Source: a virus. Taken from it: a DNA stretch of 64,000 nucleotides. The translations under genes and the position numbers were made by a program. The stretch covers positions 6,562 through 70,561 of IMG/VR virus record IMGVR_UViG_3300049617_000144; one strand, 5' to 3'. How positions within the stretch are numbered: position 1 is the stretch's first letter; every line of letters begins with the position of its first letter. The notes under the pieces were generated by a model, which was given only the letters and a program-made list of their open reading frames with translations, was not told the DNA's origin and searched no databases. Of the stretch, positions 28,272 to 38,152 are shown piece by piece.

Positions 28272-29819
28272 TTATTGTCTTTCGCCTTCTGATGGAGTAA
28301 AGCTTCTTGTGGCCCGCTCTGCCATTTGTTCGGCGGTAGCATCGGAATCTTTTGATGATACCTTGGCCATACGACCTCGATATGTATCATCGCTTATATC
28401 AGACATTCTCAATGTCTGATCCTTGAAATCGTACTTGATCTTGAACGAGAATTTACTTCTACCGTTACGAGTCTTGGCCACATATATCCTACCAACCTCT
28501 GCTTTTTGTTCATTGGCAGTCTGATTGATCGTCCAAAATGCATCCAAAACACGATTCTGCATAAACGAGTCGGCCAGCTTGGATTCATCAATGAAATCCT
28601 CAATCTTAAGCTCGGCGGCAGACTTATTTGGCTGTAATGCAGTAAGTGTGCAATGGTTGGACTCTACGCCAAAACCACGAAGGTCTCGAAGAATGCGGAA
28701 CCTGGACTCCCAGGTTGGAATACCGGGGAAATCCTTCATATCTCCGATGTAATCAACAATCATAAGGTCTGGCTTAAAGCCCCACATTCCTAACTGGGCG
28801 TAATAAGCTCGGAAGGTGTTAACGTCGGCGGTTCCAGATGGAAATTGCTTAATTACTAATCGTCGCTTGTCTTCGTAATCCCGCACGCCTTCAAGCAACG
28901 CTCGTTTGACACCTTCTCGCTGCTCTTGCAATTTATTGTGACCGATTGATGTTGTCATACAATCAAATCGCTTTGCCACTCGATCCTGATCCATTTCCGT
29001 AGTGATATACAACACCTTTTTGCCGCCACTGACATTCAAAACCGAAGCTTGTACCAATGCCAAGGATTTCCCAACACCTGGCAAAGCCATGTAAGCACCA
29101 ATTTCACCACGTCTCAGACCACCATCATCGAGACCACGATTGATCGGCTCGAATCCCGTATGAAACACTTCAATACCGCTTTCCTTCTCTTCTTGCATGC
29201 GATTATAACGCTCGTCAATAGTTTCGTAGTAATTCAAGCCAATATCCGATTGGCGATCAACCAGTCGGGCCTCATTCAGGATTTCATTCACTTCAACCCA
29301 AGTGTCATCCAGATGCGGACTTTTGCGAATAAGGGCCAAAGACTGGGCAAATGCTTGTCTCATAGCCTGCGTCTTGGCAAATGCCAGGATTTTATTGATG
29401 ATTGCTTCGGGGGAATCCAAGCCAGGCAGCATGTCGCCAACACCGCCGTTGGTGTAATAGTCGTAGACTAAATTAAGTTCAGCAACATAAAGCAATTTCA
29501 TGCTTTCGTAGGTTTCTTCGTTGTGTTTGTAGCGTACCTTTAGATGATCAATCAATTCCTGCTTAAGGAAAATCTTGCTCGGTTGCTGTTTGTGAGCATC
29601 AAAATATTCAAAAAGGACTTTCGCAATCGCTTGATGAATTTCATTGGTGAAGTAATTTTTCTTGATCAGACCAACGCTTTGTTGCATAAAGTAACGGTCA
29701 CAAAGCAATAAGCCCAGGACGACTCTTTGAAAGTCCTCGTCCCAGGCGTAATGCACCTGACTTTGTTGATTAGGGTCAGAAAGTTTAGCAAAAAGTTCTT
29801 GATCTTGTTCGTTGAGCAT
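28272..29819 (-). CDS. Replicative DNA helicase (DnaB / T4 gp41-like)
   Basis: TGF..IN...GGLRRGE, ALPGVGKS, YITTEM, IKQFP, IVDYIG, TALQ, LADS, KTRNG. Confidence 0.92.
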   Translation of the reverse strand: MLNEQDQELFAKLSDPNQQSQVHYAWDEDFQRVVLGLLLCDRYFMQQSVGLIKKNYFTNEIHQAIAKVLFEYFDAHKQQPSKIFLKQELIDHLKVRYKHNEETYESMKLLYVAELNLVYDYYTNGGVGDMLPGLDSPEAIINKILAFAKTQAMRQAFAQSLALIRKSPHLDDTWVEVNEILNEARLVDRQSDIGLNYYETIDERYNRMQEEKESGIEVFHTGFEPINRGLDDGGLRRGEIGAYMALPGVGKSLALVQASVLNVSGGKKVLYITTEMDQDRVAKRFDCMTTSIGHNKLQEQREGVKRALLEGVRDYEDKRRLVIKQFPSGTADVNTFRAYYAQLGMWGFKPDLMIVDYIGDMKDFPGIPTWESRFRILRDLRGFGVESNHCTLTALQPNKSAAELKIEDFIDESKLADSFMQNRVLDAFWTINQTANEQKAEVGRIYVAKTRNGRSKFSFKIKYDFKDQTLRMSDISDDTYRGRMAKVSSKDSDATAEQMAERATRSFTPSEGERQ

Positions 29820-29828
29820 AGAAGCCTC

Positions 29829-30128
29829 TCAATTATGTTCGTAGTTTTTTACAGTCTTTTTGCCATCTACAGCCTCTTTGATTACATCAAGATACTTACT
29901 CAATACCTTGGCGACCGTTTCATAATCATCAGCGATCTTCTCTTTTTCAGCTTCGTCAAAGCAATTTTCGTAATCCCTGGCCAATTGCACACAGGTGTCG
30001 TAAAAATCGATGATGTCAACAAAAACATCATGAAGTGGATTGTCGAAGTCCTCTAAAGACTCTCGAATGCGGGCAACGAATTGGTCTCGCTCAAAAAAGA
30101 AACTAGGATCATACATGACTGTCCTCAA
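29829..30128 (-). CDS. Hypothetical protein
   Basis: 99 aa acidic ORF. Confidence 0.55.
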   Translation of the reverse strand: MRTVMYDPSFFFERDQFVARIRESLEDFDNPLHDVFVDIIDFYDTCVQLARDYENCFDEAEKEKIADDYETVAKVLSKYLDVIKEAVDGKKTVKNYEHN

Positions 30129-30640
30129 TGAAAAAATGCTACGCCTGGCATGTTTACTTGAATAGCTTGCGGGTTCTCTTTGTCTAACGACAAAACAACC
30201 TGATGGGTAAAACTACGCCAGTTACCGTCCCAATCCTTAACGGTCCAGCCAGTAGCCCCTGATACACACAGGGGAATTACCAATCTGAGATTGGGCATGA
30301 GCTTAGGATGCATGCAAACACTGACACGATTGTGCCAGGAAAAAACTTCTGTTTCATCTTCCCTAGGCCGCAACGGCTCTTCATGAACTTCTATTTTGAT
30401 GACATGAATCTCAGATTTGCTTCCCAAAATTCTACCCATCAAGACAGGAATGTTTCTAGGCGTTAGACCAGTTTCTTCTTGTAACTCCCTCCGTGCCGCC
30501 TCGATAACAACTTCGCCCTCTTCAATCTTACCGCCAGGCATATTGAGCATGCCTTTGAGTTCTTCGGGACGATCCTTAAGGACCATCGGCAAGGTATTAT
30601 TCTCGCTTGGAGCGTATATCAAGACATATTGCTTTTGCAT
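30125..30640 (-). CDS. NUDIX hydrolase
   Basis: GGKIEEGEVVIEAARRELQEETG Nudix box. Confidence 0.92.
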   Translation of the reverse strand: MQKQYVLIYAPSENNTLPMVLKDRPEELKGMLNMPGGKIEEGEVVIEAARRELQEETGLTPRNIPVLMGRILGSKSEIHVIKIEVHEEPLRPREDETEVFSWHNRVSVCMHPKLMPNLRLVIPLCVSGATGWTVKDWDGNWRSFTHQVVLSLDKENPQAIQVNMPGVAFFH

Positions 30641-30870
30641 TTTACCATCCTTGGAATTCAGGGAGCTTTTTGAAATCTTCTTCAGCCATTTCCTTGGCCT
30701 GTAAAGTTATTTCGCTTTCATCCTCATCAAGGTTAATCTTTAATTCATCAAAGACTTCCTGCAAGGAAGAAAAAGTGCAAGAAGAACCGCACATTCTCAT
30801 TTCGTATACTCTCATGGCAGGAGTTTATCTTGCCATGAGATATTTGTAAATATCAACCGTAAATAAACCT

Positions 30871-31206
30871 ATGAATAAACCAGAAGTTAATCCAAAGCGA
30901 ACAGGCGTCAAAGCTAAAACAGTCGTCTTCACTGCCGATGATTTTTGTGATTATGCCGAGCCTGGATCTGTACAAATTAAGCATGATGATTGCAATGGTC
31001 ATTACATGGTGAACGCCTGCCCTGGATGTGGACGTGTTCAAGCAATGCATATTGGCCACCCAAAACCCAGCGATTCACCAAGTTGGGATATTACTATCGG
31101 CTCAGTTAACGATGTAACAACGATGACACTTTCGCCAAGTATTAACTGTATTGGATGTTGTAAATGGCATGGGCACCTTCGGAATGGTATATTCGAGTCA
31201 TGTTGA
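30871..31206 (+). CDS. Cys/His-rich hypothetical protein (DUF6527-like)
   Basis: ACPGCG...W...TLSPSI...C.WHG.LRNG. Confidence 0.6.
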   Translation: MNKPEVNPKRTGVKAKTVVFTADDFCDYAEPGSVQIKHDDCNGHYMVNACPGCGRVQAMHIGHPKPSDSPSWDITIGSVNDVTTMTLSPSINCIGCCKWHGHLRNGIFESC

Positions 31207-31254
31207 GGTGTATTTGTCAAAATATATTCTGACAAATACACTAATTTGTCAATA

Positions 31255-31968
31255 CTAACCATTTCCAGCAGTTGCTAGGTAGTCGTAATCCGCAAGCGAA
31301 ACGAGGCCAGCCCGAAGGGCTTTTTCTTTGGTAATCTTGCGGCCCATGCTCTTCTGGGTGTTCCATGTAATTGATTTGCAATAGACCCTAAATCTATTGT
31401 CAATAGTCAAAATCTGGTCCTTATTTGGCCTAGCTACTTTAGGGACAATTTTGCTTAGCATTTTTTCCAGTAGGGCTTCTTGGTAAGGGCCAAACTTTTG
31501 ACGTGAAGCACCGTGACGTGTTCGATTAATCCAAAGTGAAAGAAGTTCTTTTAAGATGAGCATTGTGAAATCACTGGTGGAACTCTTTGTTTCCGTCATC
31601 CTACTCAAAGTAATTTCCGCCTCTTCCTTCAAATAGCTTTCGGGCTTAATCTCCTCATTGTTGATGATGGAATTTAATAGCATTTCAATGGCTTTTGGAC
31701 CACCGGCAAATTCTATACAACGAAGCAAACTGCTTTCAATGTAAACCTGCCTTTTGTAATAACAGCCTGCCCGACATAGTGACCACAAAAGTTCTTGACG
31801 AATGTCATCGAATTCATCGGTATGATTGTTCTTCTTGTTTTTTCTCAGCAACTCCCAGGATTCAAACTTAGTAAGCTGTCCGAATTCTTTTTCAAGTTCG
31901 AAATATTCCTCGTCTTTAATCTTGAAATCTCTTGTGATGATCTGCTGGGCAGAAACTGTAGTGGTCAT
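31255..31968 (-). CDS. Hypothetical protein
   Basis: 237 aa ORF with SD AAAGGAG. Confidence 0.7.
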   Translation of the reverse strand: MTTTVSAQQIITRDFKIKDEEYFELEKEFGQLTKFESWELLRKNKKNNHTDEFDDIRQELLWSLCRAGCYYKRQVYIESSLLRCIEFAGGPKAIEMLLNSIINNEEIKPESYLKEEAEITLSRMTETKSSTSDFTMLILKELLSLWINRTRHGASRQKFGPYQEALLEKMLSKIVPKVARPNKDQILTIDNRFRVYCKSITWNTQKSMGRKITKEKALRAGLVSLADYDYLATAGNG

Positions 31969-32027
31969 TCATTCTCCTTTTTAGTGCCTTGTCCCAGGAT
32001 TAATCCCAGAACAGCACATTGTTACAT

Positions 32028-33335
32028 TCAATTAGCCTCCTTTACTTCTGTTAAGGAGTCGCCTACCTTGCAACTACACTGTAATTTTAAGCCAACGCAA
32101 AGCTCACTTTCAAGTTCTAATGTCTGTTTGGCTAGCGAACAAACCGTCGCCAAGACTGATTTGGCCGCACAGATGTAATATCCATCATGGACGTGGCAGA
32201 TTATCTTGCCATAACCTCTAATGGCATTATGCAACTGTATCAACTTCTCCAGGCATACCAGCGAAGCGGGCGACTGCACAGCAAAGTTTCGCATTGGGAC
32301 AAGATAACTCTTGTCCTCAAAAAACCGTTGCCTGCCAAAGTGATCCTTGCGAACCTCACCTCGCTGATTCTGAAATTCTTCTATCCACGCAAAAGATCGT
32401 GAGAACAGTTTACGCTCCCTAGAAACGATCTTGTCGGCAGTCTGAAAAGGCACCTCTAATGCCTTGGACAGAGAGTCTACCGACATACCATATATAACCG
32501 GCAAGAAAGCTTTTTTGACCAAATCACGCTTCTTTTCAGAATCGCACTCGCCCCCTGAAAGCAACTTGAAAGTAGCTTTGTAGAAGTCCTCACCGCTCGC
32601 CAGTATTTTACTAATTCCTTCATCCTTCGACAGCCACTGAAGTATAGTGACTTCCATATGACGGAAATCAAGCTCTATAAAGCTATCCCCCATCTGCCTT
32701 GGATAAAGATTATCCTTTACCTCCTGGCTAAGGCTATGAGGATTGAAATGCTTCTTGTACGCCTCCGGGCATTTCATTCTGCCGTTCTTGCCTTCGATTT
32801 CGTAGTAAGGATGCACCACGGTCTTTTGTTTGCGATCAATTAGACCGTTGGTTTCGATGGCCGGAATGACTTTGGTAATCAGCGGCACGTAGATCTTCTG
32901 ATAAATCGATTTAGCTGACGCCCAGGATGGATCTGAGAATATCTTCCCCAAACGAGAGGTTGCTTCTGCGTAACTCTCCGGGGCTTTGTTCATAAGACCA
33001 AAGTAACCTTCAATTATTTTCAGGTCGAAAACTTGACACTCAGGCTCAAAATCAGCCCTAGTGATATGCTTGAGGTAGCTAAAGAAGTTCTTGATGTCCC
33101 AAACGACGTTAAAGGTGTCGTAGCCAAAAACAGAATCCTTTAAGACGCTTGCGATTTCTAGGATGGAGGTGCGATCAAAAGGTATCGTGACGGAACTGCG
33201 GGCAGACTTGATCTCGATGCTTCCTTTGAAATCTGGCTGGGTGAAGTCAAGAACCTCGGGCAGGAACCGTATGTAGAAGTTTCTGCCTGTCTTCAAAAGT
33301 CCTTTAATCTGAATCGCTAGTTCTATTAACGTCAT
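32028..33335 (-). CDS. Compact family A DNA polymerase-like protein
   Basis: NGRM, motif A LDFRHME, motif B R..VK...L..IYG, NF.VQS, motif C HVHDG. Confidence 0.8.
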   Translation of the reverse strand: MTLIELAIQIKGLLKTGRNFYIRFLPEVLDFTQPDFKGSIEIKSARSSVTIPFDRTSILEIASVLKDSVFGYDTFNVVWDIKNFFSYLKHITRADFEPECQVFDLKIIEGYFGLMNKAPESYAEATSRLGKIFSDPSWASAKSIYQKIYVPLITKVIPAIETNGLIDRKQKTVVHPYYEIEGKNGRMKCPEAYKKHFNPHSLSQEVKDNLYPRQMGDSFIELDFRHMEVTILQWLSKDEGISKILASGEDFYKATFKLLSGGECDSEKKRDLVKKAFLPVIYGMSVDSLSKALEVPFQTADKIVSRERKLFSRSFAWIEEFQNQRGEVRKDHFGRQRFFEDKSYLVPMRNFAVQSPASLVCLEKLIQLHNAIRGYGKIICHVHDGYYICAAKSVLATVCSLAKQTLELESELCVGLKLQCSCKVGDSLTEVKEAN

Positions 33336-33567
33336 AGTCGTCGGCTCCAGGAAAAGGACCGCATTTATCGCACCACTCGCCGCTCATTCTTGGCCAACGA
33401 GGATCTTCTGTGTGATAGTTTACCTTGCCGCCACAGATATCGCAAATAGTATCACACTCGCAATTAGGCTGTGTTTTGCCAGGCCGTACGGCAACATGAG
33501 GGGTGCCACATTTCGGACAATAAGCTTTTACTTCTTCATTCCACCACATAAATTCATCCCACCACAT
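33304..33567 (-). CDS. Small Zn-finger protein
   Basis: Several CxxC pairs. Confidence 0.5.
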   Translation of the reverse strand: MWWDEFMWWNEEVKAYCPKCGTPHVAVRPGKTQPNCECDTICDICGGKVNYHTEDPRWPRMSGEWCDKCGPFPGADDYDVNRTSDSD

Positions 33568-33602
33568 AGATCACTCCTTTTAACGCAACGATTGCATAAT
33601 TG

Positions 33603-34718
33603 CTAGCCCAGGCTCCCAAAACTGGGTGATAAACCGACTTCCGAGAAGGTTCCCTTGATGATGTCCTTTACTTGTTCAGCATGCCTGGCGGTTGTAAGAA
33701 TCGAGTCATGAACAGATAGAAACGGAACCGTCTTCAAGGCATGAAGTTTATTACAAACACCGCTGATCATCAAATCGGCTTCCAACCTCTGCATCTCCAG
33801 CGGTAGATCCCTATAATCGTTCCGCTTGTGGTAGTCGATCACCTTTTTGACGGCAGGGAATAACAAACTAAATTGCCTACTCAACTCTGTCTCGGTCCCC
33901 AAACGAGAATAAAATATCTCAGCGAAGAATTTCTTCTTAAATCGAGACCTATCTTCTATCCCAACTTCCTCCATCAAAAAATCGTACAACTTGCCCGTCT
34001 CCACCAAACTAACAAAAAAAGTCGCATCATTACTTGGAAGAAAAGAAGATAGAGAGATAGATTTTTTCAATAGTACACTGAAGATTAAAGGTTGAGAGTT
34101 TTTGATATCAACATTGACTAATGTTTCTTTACCAATACTCAAGTATGGTCTAAATTTACTCCACAGACATGCTGCATTATGATACACTCTTCCTCTTTCA
34201 TCGACACCAAAAAACCAATCCTTTGCTGCTATCTTCTCCAACATCAATGATTTTTGACTTATATTCTCTTCGCCTATTAGCAGTTTTGCTGCTTCTTCGT
34301 AGTTTATCTCAAGTTTATTCAACCATTGCCAGAGTGCTTCATGCACTGGTGTTAGCAGTGTAGGCTTCCACTCCCGTCTCTTCTTGATCAAAACCTTCTT
34401 TTTCAAGGCTATTCTGCCTACCCAGTTTTTACGGTAATTAGGCCCTAGCCTATATCCAAGACACTTCTCTCTTGGGCAGTATCTACCATCGCACTCGATG
34501 GCTTCGATACTAATCAAGGCATCTTTGATTGCTTCGGTATGCTTCCCGTGTATTTGTTTTCTAAGCAGGGTCGCTTTAAGGGGAACATAGTCGGTATCCT
34601 CGCAATTTACTTTGTATGCGTTGACGAGGACGATGTGAACGAACAGGCGACCATAGTCAGAATGACACGGCAGATGCATCTCATCCAGGGCTAGATTTAT
34701 TGGATTGTAGATGAACAT
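33603..34718 (-). CDS. PolA/single-subunit RNA polymerase superfamily-like protein
   Basis: GRVYH, VDIKNSQP, R..FK...F..IFY, MQRLE, SVHDS. Confidence 0.6.
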   Translation of the reverse strand: MFIYNPINLALDEMHLPCHSDYGRLFVHIVLVNAYKVNCEDTDYVPLKATLLRKQIHGKHTEAIKDALISIEAIECDGRYCPREKCLGYRLGPNYRKNWVGRIALKKKVLIKKRREWKPTLLTPVHEALWQWLNKLEINYEEAAKLLIGEENISQKSLMLEKIAAKDWFFGVDERGRVYHNAACLWSKFRPYLSIGKETLVNVDIKNSQPLIFSVLLKKSISLSSFLPSNDATFFVSLVETGKLYDFLMEEVGIEDRSRFKKKFFAEIFYSRLGTETELSRQFSLLFPAVKKVIDYHKRNDYRDLPLEMQRLEADLMISGVCNKLHALKTVPFLSVHDSILTTARHAEQVKDIIKGTFSEVGLSPSFGSLG

Positions 34719-35090
34719 TATTGCCTAAGTTAGCTAGATTACTTTTCTTCTCGACCACTTGCTATAATCATAGTGAGCGTTCGCATTTTGGTCAATTGGA
34801 ATTGACTTATTCGAACCGGATGTTCAAAATGACGACCTATTTTCAGGAGTGGCAAATGAGCAATATCTGGAGATTCGACATGCTACACAAAGCAATGTTA
34901 GATACTTGGCCTTCGTGGGATGCCGCTCAAGCTAGTAGAGATTTATGTTTCAATGCGTGGAGGAAGGGGTATATTGACTTAGATCAGTGGCAAATTATTT
35001 GCCGATATTCAAGAATCAATCCCTACCTTTGTCAGGCGTAATATGTGGAAGCGACTAGATCACCGAACATTAGAAGAGCTTGCTAAAGGG

Positions 35091-36434
35091 TTCGATACAG
35101 TTGGTGGCAAACTTGGAAGAAATTGCCTAATCTTGGAACAAAATCTTGCCAAATCCATAATTTTACCTCTGAAAAACAGGACTAACCCTGCTATATAAAG
35201 ACATGCTACTCGTTGAAAGACACTTGATCGACGGAACACCCGAAATCATCCGACTCTGCACCCAAAGCAAGGAACTGTACAATAAGTGCAATTTCCTCAT
35301 GCGGAAAGCATGGTTCGGCGGCGAGAAGTTACCCGACATCAACACGCTCATCGCCGCCGTCAAGAACGAGGACTGCTTCAAGAACCTACACAACACGAAG
35401 ACAGCAAAGCAAACCATCCGCAAGTGCTTGACCGACTGGACGAATTTCAAGAAAGCACTCAATGCTTACAAGAAAGACTCAAGCAAGTTCCTAAGATGTC
35501 CTAAACCACCGTACTACAAAGACAAACTAGCTCAAGTCATTTTCTACAACGAAACCATTAAAGGAGGACAATCCAAGAAGAACCAGAAACGCATGACCAT
35601 TACGCCGAGCAACAACTGCTTCGGCATCCAAAGCATCAGAGACTACAAGCAAGTGGTCATCACGCCCAAGACCTTCGGTTTTGTAGTGGATGTACAGTAC
35701 GAGCGTGAAATCAAGAAAGAAAAAGTCAGCAAAGATAACGTGTGTTGTATCGACATTGGCGTAAGTAACTTGGCTACGATAACTTCAAATCAACTGGCTG
35801 AACCCATATTGGTTAATGGTCGTATCCTCAAGAGCATCAACAGGTTATACAACAAGCACCCCAACAAAAGAACGAGTAGGAAACGGTATTTTCAAATTGA
35901 AAACTACTTCCATCATGCCAGCAAGTTCATTATTGACTTGTGCGTGAAGCATGGGATTGGTCGGATCATTATCGGCAAGAATGATGGTTGGAAGCAGGAA
36001 GTCAAGATGCGTAAGGAGCCGAAACAGAACTTCCAGTACATTCCTTTCTTTAGGTTTATCGAGAAGATCAAGTACAAGGCGATACTGGCTGGTATCGTTG
36101 TGGACTTCACGGAAGAGGCATATACCAGCAAGGCGAGTTTTCTTGATCGTGATGAACTGCCTGTTTGGGATGCAAAACCGCCGCACTTGTCGGGTACTAG
36201 AAACAAGGGGATGTACAAGACATTCCGACCCATTCATGCTGATGTGAATGGAAGCCTGAATATCGGGCGAAAAGTAATCGGGGATAAAGTCTACGAGATT
36301 TTCCCTGATAGGAGCATTGCCGCAATGCCAGTACGGATCAATCCATTGAAGGCTTTCTGCGTATAACGGCAGGAAACGGGTTGATTTCGTCAAACTTTGT
36401 GCTTGGGTAAGTTTTTCCAAGTTTCAAGGAACGG
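35091..36434 (+). mobile_element. Non-autonomous IS607-type TnpB element, copy 3
   Basis: Left AGGG|TTCGATACAGTTG, right GGAACGG|T. Confidence 0.85.
35203..36366 (+). CDS. tnpB: TnpB
   Basis: CIDIG, GKNDGWKQ, TEEAYTS, HADVNG. Confidence 0.9.
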   Translation: MLLVERHLIDGTPEIIRLCTQSKELYNKCNFLMRKAWFGGEKLPDINTLIAAVKNEDCFKNLHNTKTAKQTIRKCLTDWTNFKKALNAYKKDSSKFLRCPKPPYYKDKLAQVIFYNETIKGGQSKKNQKRMTITPSNNCFGIQSIRDYKQVVITPKTFGFVVDVQYEREIKKEKVSKDNVCCIDIGVSNLATITSNQLAEPILVNGRILKSINRLYNKHPNKRTSRKRYFQIENYFHHASKFIIDLCVKHGIGRIIIGKNDGWKQEVKMRKEPKQNFQYIPFFRFIEKIKYKAILAGIVVDFTEEAYTSKASFLDRDELPVWDAKPPHLSGTRNKGMYKTFRPIHADVNGSLNIGRKVIGDKVYEIFPDRSIAAMPVRINPLKAFCV

Positions 36435-36862
36435 TCGAATGGTGATGGCTTACGAAGCTGCCACCGATGATATTGATTATCGCTGTCACTGACCCACTCA
36501 AGGTTTGCAATGTGTGCATTTGCCTTATTGCCGTCAATATGATTGACAACCCACCTATGCTCAGCGTTAGGCGGTGGCGGTAGAAATAGTTTAGCTACTA
36601 GTCCGTGGACGAGATATCTTTTTACACGACGATCTGTGTTCCAATTGCTAAGATCGACATATAAATAACTGTCGATGTACAAGCCAGTTTTTTGAAAAAC
36701 TTTAACTGGTCGATAGCTGTCAGACCTATTCAGGATTGGTTTCTTATTTTTATCTAATTTTGGCCTACCTCTTTGAAAAATGTAATTAGTTCTTACATTA
36801 CCGTGGTTACTGACTTGATATAAATCGCCGTAGTTAGGTATTAACTTCCATTGTTCGTCCAT
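36338..36862 (-). CDS. NUMOD4-HNH homing endonuclease; 3' end reads into TnpB element 3
   Basis: EQWKLIPNY..LYQVSNHGNVR; VH.LVA..F; VNHIDGNKAN....NLEWV...N..H. Confidence 0.85.
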   Translation of the reverse strand: MDEQWKLIPNYGDLYQVSNHGNVRTNYIFQRGRPKLDKNKKPILNRSDSYRPVKVFQKTGLYIDSYLYVDLSNWNTDRRVKRYLVHGLVAKLFLPPPPNAEHRWVVNHIDGNKANAHIANLEWVSDSDNQYHRWQLRKPSPFDRSLKLGKTYPSTKFDEINPFPAVIRRKPSMD

Positions 36863-37135
36863 GCCTAAATTATATGGACGACTAAACCTCTTCAGCAAGG
36901 CGAGCCTGCGACTCCTCAATTAGCTTTTTAAGCCGTTCGCCCTTATATTTCTTACAGATTACCTTAGCAGCACTCACAGGATTATCGGCGGCTATACTAA
37001 ATCGTGACTTAAATATACCTGCCCAGTCATGTTAACCATATGTTTCTCCAAGTTAAGCGGTTGTTCTTGACAGTTAAGCACCAAATTACTATTCTTCTTC
37101 AAAGATGTCAATCGAACTTTTCATGAGGCAAATCA

Positions 37136-37834
37136 ATGGAATTTTCACTAGAACCGATCATCGAATACGATTTTTCAGACCTTGAATCGCAAGCCTACAA
37201 GGTCTGCGTGCTTTGGATAAGTCTATCACGCAAAGTATTCCCAGAATACAAGCACGGCACCGGCTTACCCAAAAAAGGCGATCCAAGAAAGTGCCAACTT
37301 TTCAAGTACGCTTACAAGCTCATTAGGGAGTCTCAAGGTGTCATTAAACCCGAAGATCTTAGTCTTTACATCAAATCTCAACTTGATATGCTCAAAGCAA
37401 TCACCCAGCAAAGTGATTTTCCTTTTATAGGGCCTCAGATCCTCGTAGGCGACAAAGCCTGGATACGCTGGAAGATGTGGAAGCGGCAATATGACGCCAT
37501 CTCTAAGCGACAAACTCTTGACGAAGCCAATCTCGACATGATTCCCTTTGAGGCAGTCAAAAAAGGCTTAGAGGAAACAAAGCAATTTTTGATCGGGAAG
37601 TTTGAAGGGGAGCCTAAAGAAGAACAAATTATGATGGGTCATGTCGATATGAGCCGCTGGGTGGGCCTAGGGAAGGTCTCGCCTTTTTACGCTATTCTAT
37701 CCCCTTGGGTAAAAAAATACGTTAAAATCGTCAACCTGGACCCTCTGGTGTATGAGAAATCAGTTACCCAGGACGTGATCGATTTGTTCAAGAATTTATT
37801 CCACTACGAAACGAGTAAGGCAGGTTCTCAATAG
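37136..37834 (+). CDS. Hypothetical protein
   Basis: 232 aa ORF; TTGACA promoter-like sequence and GAGG SD upstream. Confidence 0.7.
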   Translation: MEFSLEPIIEYDFSDLESQAYKVCVLWISLSRKVFPEYKHGTGLPKKGDPRKCQLFKYAYKLIRESQGVIKPEDLSLYIKSQLDMLKAITQQSDFPFIGPQILVGDKAWIRWKMWKRQYDAISKRQTLDEANLDMIPFEAVKKGLEETKQFLIGKFEGEPKEEQIMMGHVDMSRWVGLGKVSPFYAILSPWVKKYVKIVNLDPLVYEKSVTQDVIDLFKNLFHYETSKAGSQ

Positions 37835-38003
37835 GATAGTGACAATGGGGACACTGCCGTAGATTTGGCAACATAAAGTCCTCACCGCAGAACCAGCAGG
37901 AACCATAAACTGGCCAGGAACATTCTGAGCAAATGCCACCGTCACGCTCGCTTACTGGTTCGTAGCAATTTGGACATCGGGTTCTTTGAGTTGAATTTCG
38001 CAT
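37788..38003 (-). CDS. Double zinc-ribbon protein
   Basis: Four CxxC pairs. Confidence 0.55.
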   Translation of the reverse strand: MRNSTQRTRCPNCYEPVSERDGGICSECSWPVYGSCWFCGEDFMLPNLRQCPHCHYPIENLPYSFRSGINS

Positions 38004-38152
38004 TGTTCACTCCCATTAACAAAGCCAACTTAAAGCATAATGGGCATAATCTTAAACTTATACCCCTAGGAATGTTGTGGAAAATGGTAATACCTTCAGA
38101 ATGCCCATTGATATCAATGGGCATTCTGCAATGGTCACAATGATTCTTCAAT

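Noticed and set aside
8931-36434. CRISPR-Cas12 system or IStron
   Set aside because: No repeat-spacer array near any tnpB. The ends are too short for a group I intron core, and copy 2 is antisense to the gene it disrupts.
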